64,000 bases of DNA. Source: Acidobacteriota bacterium. Its GTDB lineage: Bacteria; Acidobacteriota; Thermoanaerobaculia; Multivoradales; Multivoraceae. Below, one piece after another: positions 55,298 through 64,000 of the stretch (its first letter is position 1; the number at the start of each line of letters is the position of its first letter). The stretch is taken from positions 86,927 to 150,926 of the forward strand of contig JAPOWR010000006.1 in assembly GCA_026707545.1 (NCBI GenBank). Reading direction: 5' to 3'. The translations under genes and the position numbers were made by a program. The notes beneath the pieces were generated by a model that had not been told where the DNA came from, did no database searches, and saw only the letters and a list, made by a program, of their open reading frames with translations.

Positions 55298-56068
55298 ATG
55301 CCGATCGTCGACCACTCCATGGACGGACAAGTGGCCCTCATCACCGGAGGCTCCAAGGGCATCGGCCGCGCCATCGCCCTCGCCTTCGCCGAGAACGGCG
55401 CCGATGTCGCGATCACCGCTCGCGGTCTCGAGGCGCTCGACGCCACCGCCGGCGAACTGCGGGAACCAGGTAACCGCGTCCTGGCAGTTCCGGCCGACGT
55501 CGGCAGCACCGAAGCGGTCGAGGCGCTCTACGAGCAGGTGGTCGCCGAACTCGGCGGCATCGACGTCCTGGTCAACAACGCCGCCAGGGGAGGCGGCGGG
55601 GCGATCTCCAAGCTGAACGAGCAGGTCTTCCGGCGGGTGATGGCGGTCAACCTCTGGGGACCGATCCGGCTGTCGCAGTTGTGCCGGACGACGATGCAGG
55701 AGCGCGGCGGCGGCATGATCATCAACATCGCCTCGAACGAGGGCCTGCGCGCGTCGCCCGGCCTGGGCATCTACCCGCCGTCCAAGGCCGCGCTGATCAA
55801 CTTCACGGAGCTGATCGGCAAGGAGTGGGCGAAGGACGGTATCCGCGCCGTCGCCATCGCTCCCGGCCTGTGCCGGACGGAACTCGCCGCCGGCCTGGTC
55901 GAGATGGTCGAGAAGAACGACATCGCGATCAACCCGATGCGCCGCATCGGAGAGCCCGAGGACATCGCCGCCCTGGCGCTCACCCTGGCAACGCAGGCAG
56001 GCCGGTTCGCGACCTCTACGACCTACGTCCTGGACGGCGGCGAACTGAGCGCGGGACCGCTCGGCTAG
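55298..56068 (+). CDS. Short-chain dehydrogenase/reductase (FabG-like)
   Basis: ATG 55298 with a GAAGGAGG RBS. ITGGSKGIGRAIA (TGxxxGxG), NNAA and YPPSKAAL (YxxxK). Confidence 0.85.
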   Translation: MPIVDHSMDGQVALITGGSKGIGRAIALAFAENGADVAITARGLEALDATAGELREPGNRVLAVPADVGSTEAVEALYEQVVAELGGIDVLVNNAARGGGGAISKLNEQVFRRVMAVNLWGPIRLSQLCRTTMQERGGGMIINIASNEGLRASPGLGIYPPSKAALINFTELIGKEWAKDGIRAVAIAPGLCRTELAAGLVEMVEKNDIAINPMRRIGEPEDIAALALTLATQAGRFATSTTYVLDGGELSAGPLG

Positions 56069-56080
56069 GAGCCGGATGCT

Positions 56081-57631
56081 TCAGACGTCCGGATGGCGCA
56101 GGTGCCAGTCGGTGGCCTGCTCATAGGCGTGGGCGAGGCGGCAGAGCGTCGGTTCGCTGAGGTCGCGGCCGACGAGCTGCAGGCTGTGGGGCGCGCCCGC
56201 GGCCGAGAAGCCGCACGGCAGGGAGATCGTCGGCGTGCCGGCGAAGTCGGCGGGCACGGTGAAGAGCTGGATGCTGCCGAGCGGCGGATCGAAGGTCTCC
56301 GCGAACGACTCCAGGGCCTCCCTGAACGCCCCGACCGTGTCGTACCCCATCGCCTCCTTCATCGGCAGCGCGGCGACGTTCGACGGGCAGACCAGCGCGT
56401 CGACCGCGGACAGCATCGCCTCGAATCGCTCGCTGAAGGCCGCGCGCCGTGCGGTCGCTTCGGCGTGCGCGTCGTCGCTCACCTGGGCGCCGAAGGCCAG
56501 GAACTCCCCGAAGTACGGCCCGTAGTCCGCAGCGCGGCTGGGGTATGTCGCGGAATGCGCCCGAACGGCCTCGTAGGAGCAGAGCGGCCACCAGTCGTCG
56601 AAGGGCGCCGCCGGCATCTCGACTTCCATGACCTCGGCGCCGAGGCCGGCCAGGACCTGCAAGGCCTCCTCCACCGCGGCGGTGACCGCCGGGTCGACGC
56701 CTTCCGAGGCGTACCGCCGGTCGTACCCGAGCCGCATCCCGGCGATGTTCCCGTCGAGCGCCGGCAGGATGGGAGGCATCGGCACCTCGAGAGAGGTCGG
56801 ATCGTTCGCGTCCGTGCCGGCGATCGCTTCGAGCATGATCGCCGCATCGGCGACGGTCCGCGTCATCGGCCCGATGTGGTCGAGCGACCCCGCGAGTTCG
56901 AGCACGCCGTAGCGGCTGACCCGCCCCCAGGTCGGCTTGAGCCCCACGATCCCGCACTGGGCGGACGGAAAGCGGATCGATCCGCCGGTGTCCGAGCCGA
57001 GGGAGCCGAAACAGAGGCCGGCCGCCGTCGCCACGCCCGAGCCGCTCGACGAGACGCCCGTCCACAGATCCTCGTCCCAGGGGTTGACGGGGATGTCGAA
57101 GTCCGGGTGGTAGGCGCCCATCGCGCCTTCGGTCAGGTTCAGCTTGCCGAGCAGAACGGCGCCCGCGGCATGCAGCCTCTCGACCACGGTCGCATCGAAC
57201 CCCGGGACGAAGTCGGACAGGACCGAGAGCGCGCCCATCGTGCGCACGCCCTTCGTGTAGCAGAGGTCCTTCACGGCGATCGGGACACCGTGCAGCGGTC
57301 CCCGGTAGCGACCGCCCTCGATCTCGGACTCGGCCGCACGTGCCGCGGCAAGCGCCTCGTCGGCCATCACGGTCGCGTAGCTCCTGAGCCGGCCGTCGAC
57401 GGCGGCGATCCGGTCGAGCATCGCCTCGGTCAGGGCGACCGGCGAGAGTTCGCGGGCTTCGATCAGGCGCGCAACGTCGCGCAGGCTCATGTAGTGGATC
57501 GGTTCATCGTGCATCGATGCTGCCTCCGGGGTCGCTCCCGCGGTCCGTTCGTCTCCGCCGCAGGCCCACAGGAACGGTCCGGCAGCGCCGGCGCCGAAGA
57601 GCCCGAGCGCGGAGCGGCGGGTCAGCTTCAT
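56081..57631 (-). CDS. Amidase-signature family amidase with a Tat-type signal and possible lipobox
   Basis: ATG 57631 overlaps the gmd stop (ATGA). [24 protein letters not shown] has a twin-Arg motif and a Cys after the hydrophobic stretch. AS-family [12 protein letters not shown] and a Ser-rich SSSGSG segment. Confidence 0.85.
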   Translation of the reverse strand: MKLTRRSALGLFGAGAAGPFLWACGGDERTAGATPEAASMHDEPIHYMSLRDVARLIEARELSPVALTEAMLDRIAAVDGRLRSYATVMADEALAAARAAESEIEGGRYRGPLHGVPIAVKDLCYTKGVRTMGALSVLSDFVPGFDATVVERLHAAGAVLLGKLNLTEGAMGAYHPDFDIPVNPWDEDLWTGVSSSGSGVATAAGLCFGSLGSDTGGSIRFPSAQCGIVGLKPTWGRVSRYGVLELAGSLDHIGPMTRTVADAAIMLEAIAGTDANDPTSLEVPMPPILPALDGNIAGMRLGYDRRYASEGVDPAVTAAVEEALQVLAGLGAEVMEVEMPAAPFDDWWPLCSYEAVRAHSATYPSRAADYGPYFGEFLAFGAQVSDDAHAEATARRAAFSERFEAMLSAVDALVCPSNVAALPMKEAMGYDTVGAFREALESFAETFDPPLGSIQLFTVPADFAGTPTISLPCGFSAAGAPHSLQLVGRDLSEPTLCRLAHAYEQATDWHLRHPDV

Positions 57632-58674
57632 CCGGCCGCCAGTCCGACCGCCTCGAGTTCCGCGTCGACCATCATCTCGACGAGCTGACGGAAGGTGACT
57701 CGGGGCTGCCAACCAAGACGCTCGCGGGCCCGACTCGCGTCGCCGCAGAGAGCGTCGACTTCGGCCGCCCGGAAGAACCGGGGGTCGACCGCGACCAGCA
57801 CCCGGCCGTCCTCGGCCAAACCCTGCTCGTCCACTCCCGAACCACGCCAGGCGAGCTGCAGTCCGGCATGGGCGAAGGCGATCTCGCAGAATTCGCGCAC
57901 GCTGTGGGTCTCGCCGGTGGCGATCACGTAGTCGTCCGGCTCGTCGGCGCGGAGCATCAGCCGCATCGCCTCCACGTAGTCGCCGGCGAATCCCCAATCG
58001 CGCTGTGACGACAGATTGCCGAGATGGAGGCAGTCCTGAAGGCCCGCCCGGATGCGCGCCGCCCCCAGGGCGATCTTCCGGGTCACGAAGGTCTCGCCCC
58101 GGCGCGGCGACTCGTGGTTGAACAGGATCCCGTTGACCGCGAAGAGGCCGTGGGCCTCACGGTAGTTGCGGGTGATGTGGAAGCCGTAGGCCTTGGCCGC
58201 GCCGTAGGGGCTCCGCGGGTAGAAGCGGGTGGTCTCGCGCTGCGGCGACTCCACCGCCCGGCCGTAGAGCTCCGACGACGAGGCCTGGTAGAAGCGCGCC
58301 TCCGGCGCATGCCTCCGCATCGCCTCCAGCAGCCGCAACACGCCGAGGCCGGTGATCTGACCCGTTGGCCCCGGAAGCTCGAAGGAGACCTGGACGTGGG
58401 ACTGCGCCCCCAGGTTGTAGATCTCGTGCGGTCCCGTCTCCGCCACCGCGCGATCGAGGGAGGAGGCGTCGGCGAGATCGCCCGCGATCAGCCGAAGCCG
58501 GGGGCCGCTGTCGTCATCCCGGTCGAGCAGGTGGTCGATCCGCCGCGTCCCCCCGAGCTGGGAGACCGGCCGCACCAGCCCCCAGACGTCCCAGTCCTCG
58601 GCGAGCAACTGCTCGGCGAGATAGGAACCGTCCTGACCGGTTACGCCGGTGACCAGCGCCCGCCGCCTGCTCAC
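57628..58674 (-). CDS. gmd: GDP-mannose 4,6-dehydratase
   Basis: [24 protein letters not shown] (YxxxK) and a Gmd-typical C-terminus. Confidence 0.92.
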   Translation of the reverse strand: MSRRRALVTGVTGQDGSYLAEQLLAEDWDVWGLVRPVSQLGGTRRIDHLLDRDDDSGPRLRLIAGDLADASSLDRAVAETGPHEIYNLGAQSHVQVSFELPGPTGQITGLGVLRLLEAMRRHAPEARFYQASSSELYGRAVESPQRETTRFYPRSPYGAAKAYGFHITRNYREAHGLFAVNGILFNHESPRRGETFVTRKIALGAARIRAGLQDCLHLGNLSSQRDWGFAGDYVEAMRLMLRADEPDDYVIATGETHSVREFCEIAFAHAGLQLAWRGSGVDEQGLAEDGRVLVAVDPRFFRAAEVDALCGDASRARERLGWQPRVTFRQLVEMMVDAELEAVGLAAG

Positions 58675-59903
58675 ACCAGCTTGAGCAGGTGGCCCATCTT
58701 GTCCCGCTTGACCCGGAGATAGTCGCGGTTCGACTCGTTCGGCACGATCTCGATCGGCACCCGTTCGACGATCTCCAGGCCGTAGCCGGAGAGGGCGATG
58801 TACTTGTGCGGGTTGTTCGTCATCAGCCGCATCCGGCGAACGCCGATATCGCGGAGAATCTGCGCTCCGATGCCGTAGTTGCGGAGGTCGGCCTTGAACC
58901 CGAGCTTGTGGTTGGCCTCGACGGTGTCGTGCCCCTGGTCCTGCAGATCGTAGGCACGCAGCTTGTTGAAGAGGCCGATGCCCCGCCCTTCCTGCAGCAG
59001 GTAGAGCACGACGCCCTCTCCTTCCTCGGCGATCACGTCGAGGGCATGGTGTAGCTGAACGCCGCAGTCGCAGCGCTCAGAGTGGAAGACGTCGCCGGTC
59101 AGGCACTGGCTGTGGACGCGCACCAGGATGTCCTTGTCCGGCTTCGGCTCGCCCATCACCAGGGCGACGTGCTCCTCGCCAGTGAGTTCGGCGTGGTAGG
59201 CGTAAGCCTTCATCGGACCGTAGAGCGTCGGCATGATCGGCGAGGCGATCAGCCGGACCAGGCTCTCGTGCCTCAGCCGGTATCGGATCAGGTCGGACAC
59301 CGTGATCATCGGCAACTTGTGCAGGCGGCTGTACTCGACCAGATCCGGCACTCGCGCCATCGTCCCGTCCGCGTTCATGATCTCGCAGATCACGCCGGCC
59401 GGCGCCAGCCCCGCCAGCGTCGCCAGGTCGACCGAAGCCTCGGTCTGCCCGGCTCGCTTCAGCACGCCGCCGCGCTTGGCGCGAAGCGGGAAGACGTGGC
59501 CCGGCCGCAGCAGGTCCCGCGGCTGCGTGGCGGGGTCGATCGCGGTCCGGATCGTCGCCGCGCGGTCGGCCGCGGAGATACCGGTCGTGACCTTGCCGCG
59601 GGCCTCGATCGACACCGTGAAGGCGGTCTCGAAGGGCGCCGTGTTGTCCCGGACCATCAGCGGCAGGTCGAGCTCGTCGCAGCGGTCCTCGGTCATCGCC
59701 AGGCAGATCAGTCCACGGCCGTGAGTGGCCATGAAGTTGATCGAGTCGGCGGTCACCTTCTCGGCCGCAATGGCCAGATCGCCCTCGTTCTCGCGATCCT
59801 CGTCGTCGACGATGATCACCTGGCCGCCGTCGCGGAACACCTCCACCGCCTCCTCGATCGGCGTGAAGATGGCGCCTTCCCGACCTTCGTCTCGCTTCGC
59901 CAT
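58671..59903 (-). CDS. ribBA: Bifunctional 3,4-dihydroxy-2-butanone-4-phosphate synthase / GTP cyclohydrolase II
   Basis: ATG 59903 in ORF 58671..60029. [11 protein letters not shown] (RibB) and [18 protein letters not shown] (RibA zinc site). Confidence 0.92.
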   Translation of the reverse strand: MAKRDEGREGAIFTPIEEAVEVFRDGGQVIIVDDEDRENEGDLAIAAEKVTADSINFMATHGRGLICLAMTEDRCDELDLPLMVRDNTAPFETAFTVSIEARGKVTTGISAADRAATIRTAIDPATQPRDLLRPGHVFPLRAKRGGVLKRAGQTEASVDLATLAGLAPAGVICEIMNADGTMARVPDLVEYSRLHKLPMITVSDLIRYRLRHESLVRLIASPIMPTLYGPMKAYAYHAELTGEEHVALVMGEPKPDKDILVRVHSQCLTGDVFHSERCDCGVQLHHALDVIAEEGEGVVLYLLQEGRGIGLFNKLRAYDLQDQGHDTVEANHKLGFKADLRNYGIGAQILRDIGVRRMRLMTNNPHKYIALSGYGLEIVERVPIEIVPNESNRDYLRVKRDKMGHLLKLV

Positions 59904-59922
59904 GAACGGGATCGTAACAGCG

Positions 59923-60726
59923 CTACTCGCCCCAGCCGAGTTTGCTGCGCAGGGCGTCGTAGTGGGTCTGCCCATCGACCCTGGCCAGGAGGGCCTTCGA
60001 CTCCGATACGGTGACCACGACCCGGTCACCGCCCATCAGCCGTGTCCCCTCCTGTCCGTCCAGCGTCAGATAGACCTCCTCGTCCCGACTTCCGAGGGTC
60101 ATCGCGATCGTGCTCGTCTCCGGCACCACGACGGGGCGCATGGACAGGGTGTGGGGCGAGATGGGCGTCAACAGGACGACCGGCAGGGTGGGATAGAGAA
60201 TGGGACCGCCCGCCGACAGGCTGTAGGCCGTCGATCCCGTCGGCGTCGAGACGATCAGCCCGTCCGTGCGATAGACGGCGACCGGTTCGTTGTCGATCTC
60301 CACTTCCAGGTGGATCATGCGCGCCAGGGCGCTCTTGTGGACCACGGCATCGTTGAGGGCCCGGTACCGGGTCCTGCCGCCGGTTTCGTGCTGGAGTTCG
60401 ACGTCGAGCAGCAGCCTCTCCTCGACCTCGAACCCGCCCTCCAGGATGGTCCCCAGGTTCGCGTAGAGGCGATCGCGGCCGATCTCCGCGAGATAGCCAA
60501 GGGTGCCGAGGTTGACCCCGACGATCGGTACCCCCGGCCGGTTGCGGGCCACCGACAGCAGCGTGCCGTCGCCTCCCAGGACGACGACGAGGTCCGCGGG
60601 CGCCGTCGCGGGCGCAACGACCACAACGCCGCGCTCCTCGAGCCAGCGCTTCACCTCGGCGGAGGTCGCCGCCGCGCGCTCGCTGTCCTTCTTGGCGACG
60701 ACCGCGACGTCTTGGATCCTGGTCAT
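59923..60726 (-). CDS. nadK: NAD+ kinase
   Basis: [10 protein letters not shown] (GGDG motif). 267 aa. Confidence 0.9.
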   Translation of the reverse strand: MTRIQDVAVVAKKDSERAAATSAEVKRWLEERGVVVVAPATAPADLVVVLGGDGTLLSVARNRPGVPIVGVNLGTLGYLAEIGRDRLYANLGTILEGGFEVEERLLLDVELQHETGGRTRYRALNDAVVHKSALARMIHLEVEIDNEPVAVYRTDGLIVSTPTGSTAYSLSAGGPILYPTLPVVLLTPISPHTLSMRPVVVPETSTIAMTLGSRDEEVYLTLDGQEGTRLMGGDRVVVTVSESKALLARVDGQTHYDALRSKLGWGE

Positions 60727-61451
60727 GTCCTGAAGTGGGCGAGAACTTCCCGATTGCCCGCCGGTCCCGGAAGATCGCAGTCTACCGACGTCACGAAGCG
60801 GAGCCCCATCGCTCTCAGGTCAGCGGCGCGTCGCGCGGCGATCCCGCGGCGGACCTCCTCGTCCCGCACCACACCGCCCTTGCCCACCTGACCGCGTCCG
60901 GCCTCGAACTGCGGCTTGATCAGCACGATCACGTCGGCTTCGGGCACAAGATGCGGCAGCAGCGCCGGAGCCACCTTGACCACCGAGATGAAGGAGACGT
61001 CGACGGTCGCGATCCGGCATCGCTCCGGCAGGGCGTCGGCCGCCAGGTGACGGGCGTTGACCCGCTCCATCACGACCACCCGAGGGTCGCCGCGCAGCTT
61101 CTGGTCGAGCTGACCGTAGCCCACGTCCAGCGCGTACACCCGGGCCGCTCCATGCTTCAGGAGGCAGTCGGTGAACCCCCCCGTCGAGGCGCCCACGTCA
61201 AGGCAGACGGCACCCCCGGGGTCGACGTCGAAGCAGCGCAGCGCCTGCTCGAGCTTGCGGCCCCCGCGCGACACGTACGGCTCCGACCGGCGCCGCACCT
61301 CGATGACCACGCCCGCCGCGGCCGCGGCCCCCGGCTTGTCGCGCCGTTCGCCGTCGACCCAGACCTCGCCCGCCATGACCGCCCGCTTCGCCTGCTCCCG
61401 GCTGTCGAAGAGCCCGCGCTCGACGAGCAGTTGATCGAGCCTTCGCTTCAC
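60723..61451 (-). CDS. tlyA: TlyA-family rRNA (cytidine-2'-O)-methyltransferase
   Basis: GTG 61451 overlaps the upstream stop (GTGA). S4-like N-terminus [15 protein letters not shown] motif [15 protein letters not shown]. Confidence 0.85.
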   Translation of the reverse strand: MKRRLDQLLVERGLFDSREQAKRAVMAGEVWVDGERRDKPGAAAAAGVVIEVRRRSEPYVSRGGRKLEQALRCFDVDPGGAVCLDVGASTGGFTDCLLKHGAARVYALDVGYGQLDQKLRGDPRVVVMERVNARHLAADALPERCRIATVDVSFISVVKVAPALLPHLVPEADVIVLIKPQFEAGRGQVGKGGVVRDEEVRRGIAARRAADLRAMGLRFVTSVDCDLPGPAGNREVLAHFRT

Positions 61452-62362
61452 GAGCCCCGGTGGACCAGGAACGCGACGAGGGATCGGAAGAGCTGCCGGC
61501 CAGCGGGCAGTTTCTCGACCAGGACCAGGCACCGGTCGGCCGCCTGACGCGCCTTCCGGCGGCTGCCGTCCACACCGAAGAGGTGCGGATAGGTCAGCTT
61601 CTCCGCCTGCCGGTCCTTGCCGGCCGTCTTGCCCAACTGCTCCGAACTGCCGACCACGTCGAGGATGTCGTCGCCGATCTGGAACAGGAGGCCGAGCTCG
61701 GCTCCGATGCCGGCCAGCAGCTTCGCGCGATCGCTCCCGGCGCCCGCGTAGATGCCGCCCAGGCGCGTGCTCGCTGCGATCAGGGCGCCCGTCTTCAGGC
61801 GGTGAATGCGCTCGAGCACCCGTGCGGCGTCTTCACGCCCCCGACCGCCGTTCCTGCTCGCCGCCCCTTCATGTTCCAGGTCGAGCACCTGGCCGCCGAT
61901 CATCCCCGCCGTGCCGACGGCCCGCGCCATCAACGCCACGGCCTGCAGCCGCCGCTGCGGCGGCGCCGACGCCGGTTCCGTGGCCAGCACGTCGAAGGCG
62001 TGGTTCAGCAGGGCGTCTCCCGCCAGCACCGCCATCGCCTCGCCCCGCGCCTTGTGCAGGGTCGGCCGGCCGCGCCGCAGGTCATCGTCGTCCAGAGCCG
62101 GAAGATCGTCGTGCACCAGGCTGAACGTGTGCACCATCTCGACGGCGGCGCCTCCCGCCAAGAGATCGCTCCGAGGCGCGCCGCAGGCCTCGCCGGCCAT
62201 CACGACCAGGGCCGGCCGCACCCTCTTGCCTCCCGCGAACACGCTGTAGCGCATCGCCTCGCTGATCGAGGCTGGCTCCGTCCCGGCGGCCGGCAGGAGC
62301 CGGTCCAGGGCCTCGTCCACCTGCGGCCGCAGCGTGGAGAGGAAAGCCGCGAAGTCGGTCAC
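61448..62362 (-). CDS. ispA: Polyprenyl diphosphate synthase (farnesyl/geranylgeranyl diphosphate synthase, IspA-like)
   Basis: GTG 62362 overlaps the upstream stop. FARM FSLVHDDLPALDDDDLRRG and SARM FQIGDDILD. Confidence 0.85.
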   Translation of the reverse strand: MTDFAAFLSTLRPQVDEALDRLLPAAGTEPASISEAMRYSVFAGGKRVRPALVVMAGEACGAPRSDLLAGGAAVEMVHTFSLVHDDLPALDDDDLRRGRPTLHKARGEAMAVLAGDALLNHAFDVLATEPASAPPQRRLQAVALMARAVGTAGMIGGQVLDLEHEGAASRNGGRGREDAARVLERIHRLKTGALIAASTRLGGIYAGAGSDRAKLLAGIGAELGLLFQIGDDILDVVGSSEQLGKTAGKDRQAEKLTYPHLFGVDGSRRKARQAADRCLVLVEKLPAGRQLFRSLVAFLVHRGS

Positions 62363-62646
62363 GACTCGTCCGCCCGGTCGCCCTCCGAGGCGGCCTCCGG
62401 CAGCACTTCGGCCGCGGGCAGCGCCTCCTCGATCAGCATGATCGGCATGTCGCTGACGATCGGGTAGACGAGGCCGGACTCCCGGCACCACAACCCCTCG
62501 GAAACCTCCGGCTGCTCCCCCGCGAAGTGCTCCCGGTAGCGGGCCACGAGCCGCTCGCACACGGCCGGGGGCAGCGGTGTTGTGGTCAGTTCGCCCTTCG
62601 ACCTGGGGCACACGAGCAGTTCGAGCAGTTCCGGATCTACGGGCAT
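62359..62646 (-). CDS. Trm112/YcaR-family small protein
   Basis: ATG 62646. LLELLVCPRSKGEL N-terminal motif and a later YPIVSDMPIML segment. 95 aa. Confidence 0.75.
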   Translation of the reverse strand: MPVDPELLELLVCPRSKGELTTTPLPPAVCERLVARYREHFAGEQPEVSEGLWCRESGLVYPIVSDMPIMLIEEALPAAEVLPEAASEGDRADES

Positions 62647-62660
62647 CGACGGATGTCCTG

Positions 62661-63191
62661 TTACCTGGACCAGCGGAGAAGGAGGGAGTTCATGCCGGGG
62701 TTGCGACGATAGTAGGACGAGTTGGACATGTGGAAGAAACCGAAGCTCACGCGCGATCCGCCCCTCAGCCGCCGTCCGATCGCGATCCCGGTGCGAAACT
62801 CGAGCTCGCCGCCGATGTCCTTGCCGTCCCCCTTCTCGTAGAAACCGACGGTGGTGATCGAGTCGATGAACCAGGAGCGCCCGAGGTTGATCCGCTGGTC
62901 CGTGCCGGCGTAGACGTAAAAGGATCCGTCCGCCGTCACGAAGGCGCCGACGTTGGGGCCCATGCCCAGACACCAGTCGGTGGGGAACCGATACTCGATG
63001 CCGACCTCGACCGTCTCATGGCCCCGGCCGAAATCGATCACGCCGGTGCTGAAGCTCAGACCGGACTCATCCTCGCGGCGGGGGGCGTCGTGCTCCGAAT
63101 CCGCGTTGCAGCCGAAGGCGGCCGGTGCGGCCAGGCTCCCCAGCAGCACCAGCAGGGCGGGCGCCCCGTGGCGCGGACCGGGGAAACGCAC
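62661..63191 (-). CDS. Acyloxyacyl hydrolase / lipid A 3-O-deacylase (PagL-like) outer-membrane lipoprotein
   Basis: GTG 63191 in ORF 62661..63413. Signal with AAFGC lipobox-like end, beta-barrel-like alternating pattern and the catalytic-type FGFFHMSNS (H-x-S-N). Confidence 0.65.
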   Translation of the reverse strand: MRFPGPRHGAPALLVLLGSLAAPAAFGCNADSEHDAPRREDESGLSFSTGVIDFGRGHETVEVGIEYRFPTDWCLGMGPNVGAFVTADGSFYVYAGTDQRINLGRSWFIDSITTVGFYEKGDGKDIGGELEFRTGIAIGRRLRGGSRVSFGFFHMSNSSYYRRNPGMNSLLLRWSR

Positions 63192-63207
63192 GGCCGCGTA
63201 GCCTACA

Positions 63208-64000
63208 ATGCGCGACGTGGGGGAAACGTCGGCAGACGCCCAGCGGCCGCCCATTTCGGCCCTGGTCACGACCTTCAACGAAGAGCGCCACATCGCGGAC
63301 TGCCTGGCGTCCCTCGACTGGTGCGACGAGGTTCTGGTCGTCGACTCCTTCTCCACGGACCGCACTCCCGAGATCGTGCGGGGATGCGACCGCGCCCGCT
63401 TCGTGCAGCGCACCTACTACGGCTCCGCATCCCAGAAGAACTGGGCCATGGACCAGACGCGGAACGAGTGGGTCCTGATCCTGGACGCCGACGAGCGCTG
63501 CACGCCGAAACTCAGGAGGGAGATCGAGCGTCTGTTCCAGGGCGGCGAGCCGCCTGACGACGCCTACACGATCAAGCGCCGCGTCTACTTCCTGGGCAGG
63601 GTGATCCGGTTCTCGGGCTGGCAGCACGACCGCGTGGTGCGGCTGCTGCGCCGTGACGCGGGCCGCTATCCGAACCGGCGCGTTCACGCCGACATGAGGA
63701 CCCGCGGTCCCGCACCGGTGCTCAAGAACGCCATGGAGCACTTCATGGTCGACGACCTGCTCTCCTACTCGCGCCGCATCCAGCGCTACAGCTGGTGGGG
63801 CGCCGCCCAGGTCTGGCGCGAGGGCCGGCGGTCGGGGCCGGCGGAAGTCCTCGGCCGTTCGCTATGGCGCTTCCTGCGCACCTACGGCCTCCAGCTCGGC
63901 GTCTTCGACGGCATGCGCGGCCTGGTGTTCTGCCTGCTCCAGGCCTACGGCACCTACCTCAAGTGGTCCTACGTCTGGTCCTGGCACGTGAACCACCAGC
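63208..64000 (+). CDS. Family 2 glycosyltransferase (LPS-core WaaE/KdtX-like), partial; the 3' end lies beyond the window
   Basis: Hand translation from ATG 63208, with an in-frame TAG at 63199-63201: MRDVGETSADAQRPPISALVTTFNEERHIADCLASLDWCDEVLVVDSFSTDRTPEIV...WVLILDADER... This shows the GT2 N-terminal pattern and a DxD-like DAD. It is absent from the ORF track because there is no stop in the window. Confidence 0.8.
   Translation, partial: MRDVGETSADAQRPPISALVTTFNEERHIADCLASLDWCDEVLVVDSFSTDRTPEIVRGCDRARFVQRTYYGSASQKNWAMDQTRNEWVLILDADERCTPKLRREIERLFQGGEPPDDAYTIKRRVYFLGRVIRFSGWQHDRVVRLLRRDAGRYPNRRVHADMRTRGPAPVLKNAMEHFMVDDLLSYSRRIQRYSWWGAAQVWREGRRSGPAEVLGRSLWRFLRTYGLQLGVFDGMRGLVFCLLQAYGTYLKWSYVWSWHVNHQ

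Noticed and set aside
59904-59922. FMN riboswitch before ribBA; SAM or B12 riboswitch before metH (51431-51439)
   Set aside because: The upstream gaps are only 19 nt and 9 nt, far too short for any riboswitch aptamer.
62577-63741. ORFs 62577..63557 (+, 326 aa) and 63067..63741 (-, 224 aa)
   Set aside because: Both overlap the better-supported PagL-like and GT2 genes in other frames or strands and have shadow-ORF composition.

Overview
Dense, high-GC bacterial chromosomal segment. My hand counts of a few 60-nt samples give about 70-75% GC in typical genes. About 60 protein-coding genes leave very little intergenic space, and many neighbours share 4-nt ATGA/GTGA start-stop overlaps. I found no rRNA, tRNA, CRISPR array, transposase or integrase. 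Gene families such as GWxTD, CarboxypepD_reg-like repeat proteins, DUF1844 and SelW-like suggest an Acidobacteriota/Gemmatimonadota-like organism, but that is a weak inference.

Most of the content is housekeeping:
- Envelope: a partial plsC-like gene, mlaEFD, lolC/E-like permease, PagL-like deacylase, GT2, SpoIID/SPOR.
- Nucleotide and cofactor metabolism: nrdJ, carA, carB, dcd, mazG, folE, PTPS-like, ribBA, nadK, metH, sat-cysC.
- Propionate/methylmalonyl pathway: mutase catalytic subunit, MeaB, epimerase, carboxyltransferase.
- Proteostasis: dnaK-hspR, hflKC, S41 peptidase.

The ORF track appears to translate GTG/TTG starts as M, and it omits ORFs that run off the window or are split by TGA. 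I therefore added three genes by hand translation: the plsC-like gene at 1-480, the selenoprotein at 3624-3851 and the GT2 gene at 63208-64000.

Observations most worth a second look:
1. A SelW/Rdx-family selenoprotein gene with an in-frame TGA in a CxxU motif and a SECIS-like hairpin, which ORF callers cannot see.
2. A lower-GC islet (about 6.9-10.3 kb) encoding three secreted proteins: a small Cys-rich protein, a ~780-aa beta-sandwich repeat protein and a PDZ protein. Next to it is an unusual Dph6-like PP-loop/AraC fusion regulator.
3. A luxE/luxC-like acyl-activating/reducing pair without luciferase genes. It is translationally coupled to a PD-(D/E)XK-nuclease/XPD-type helicase fusion, and luxE carries a +1 frame break.

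None of these can be shown to be a new system from sequence alone. All family calls rest on motif recognition by eye, not on database searches.
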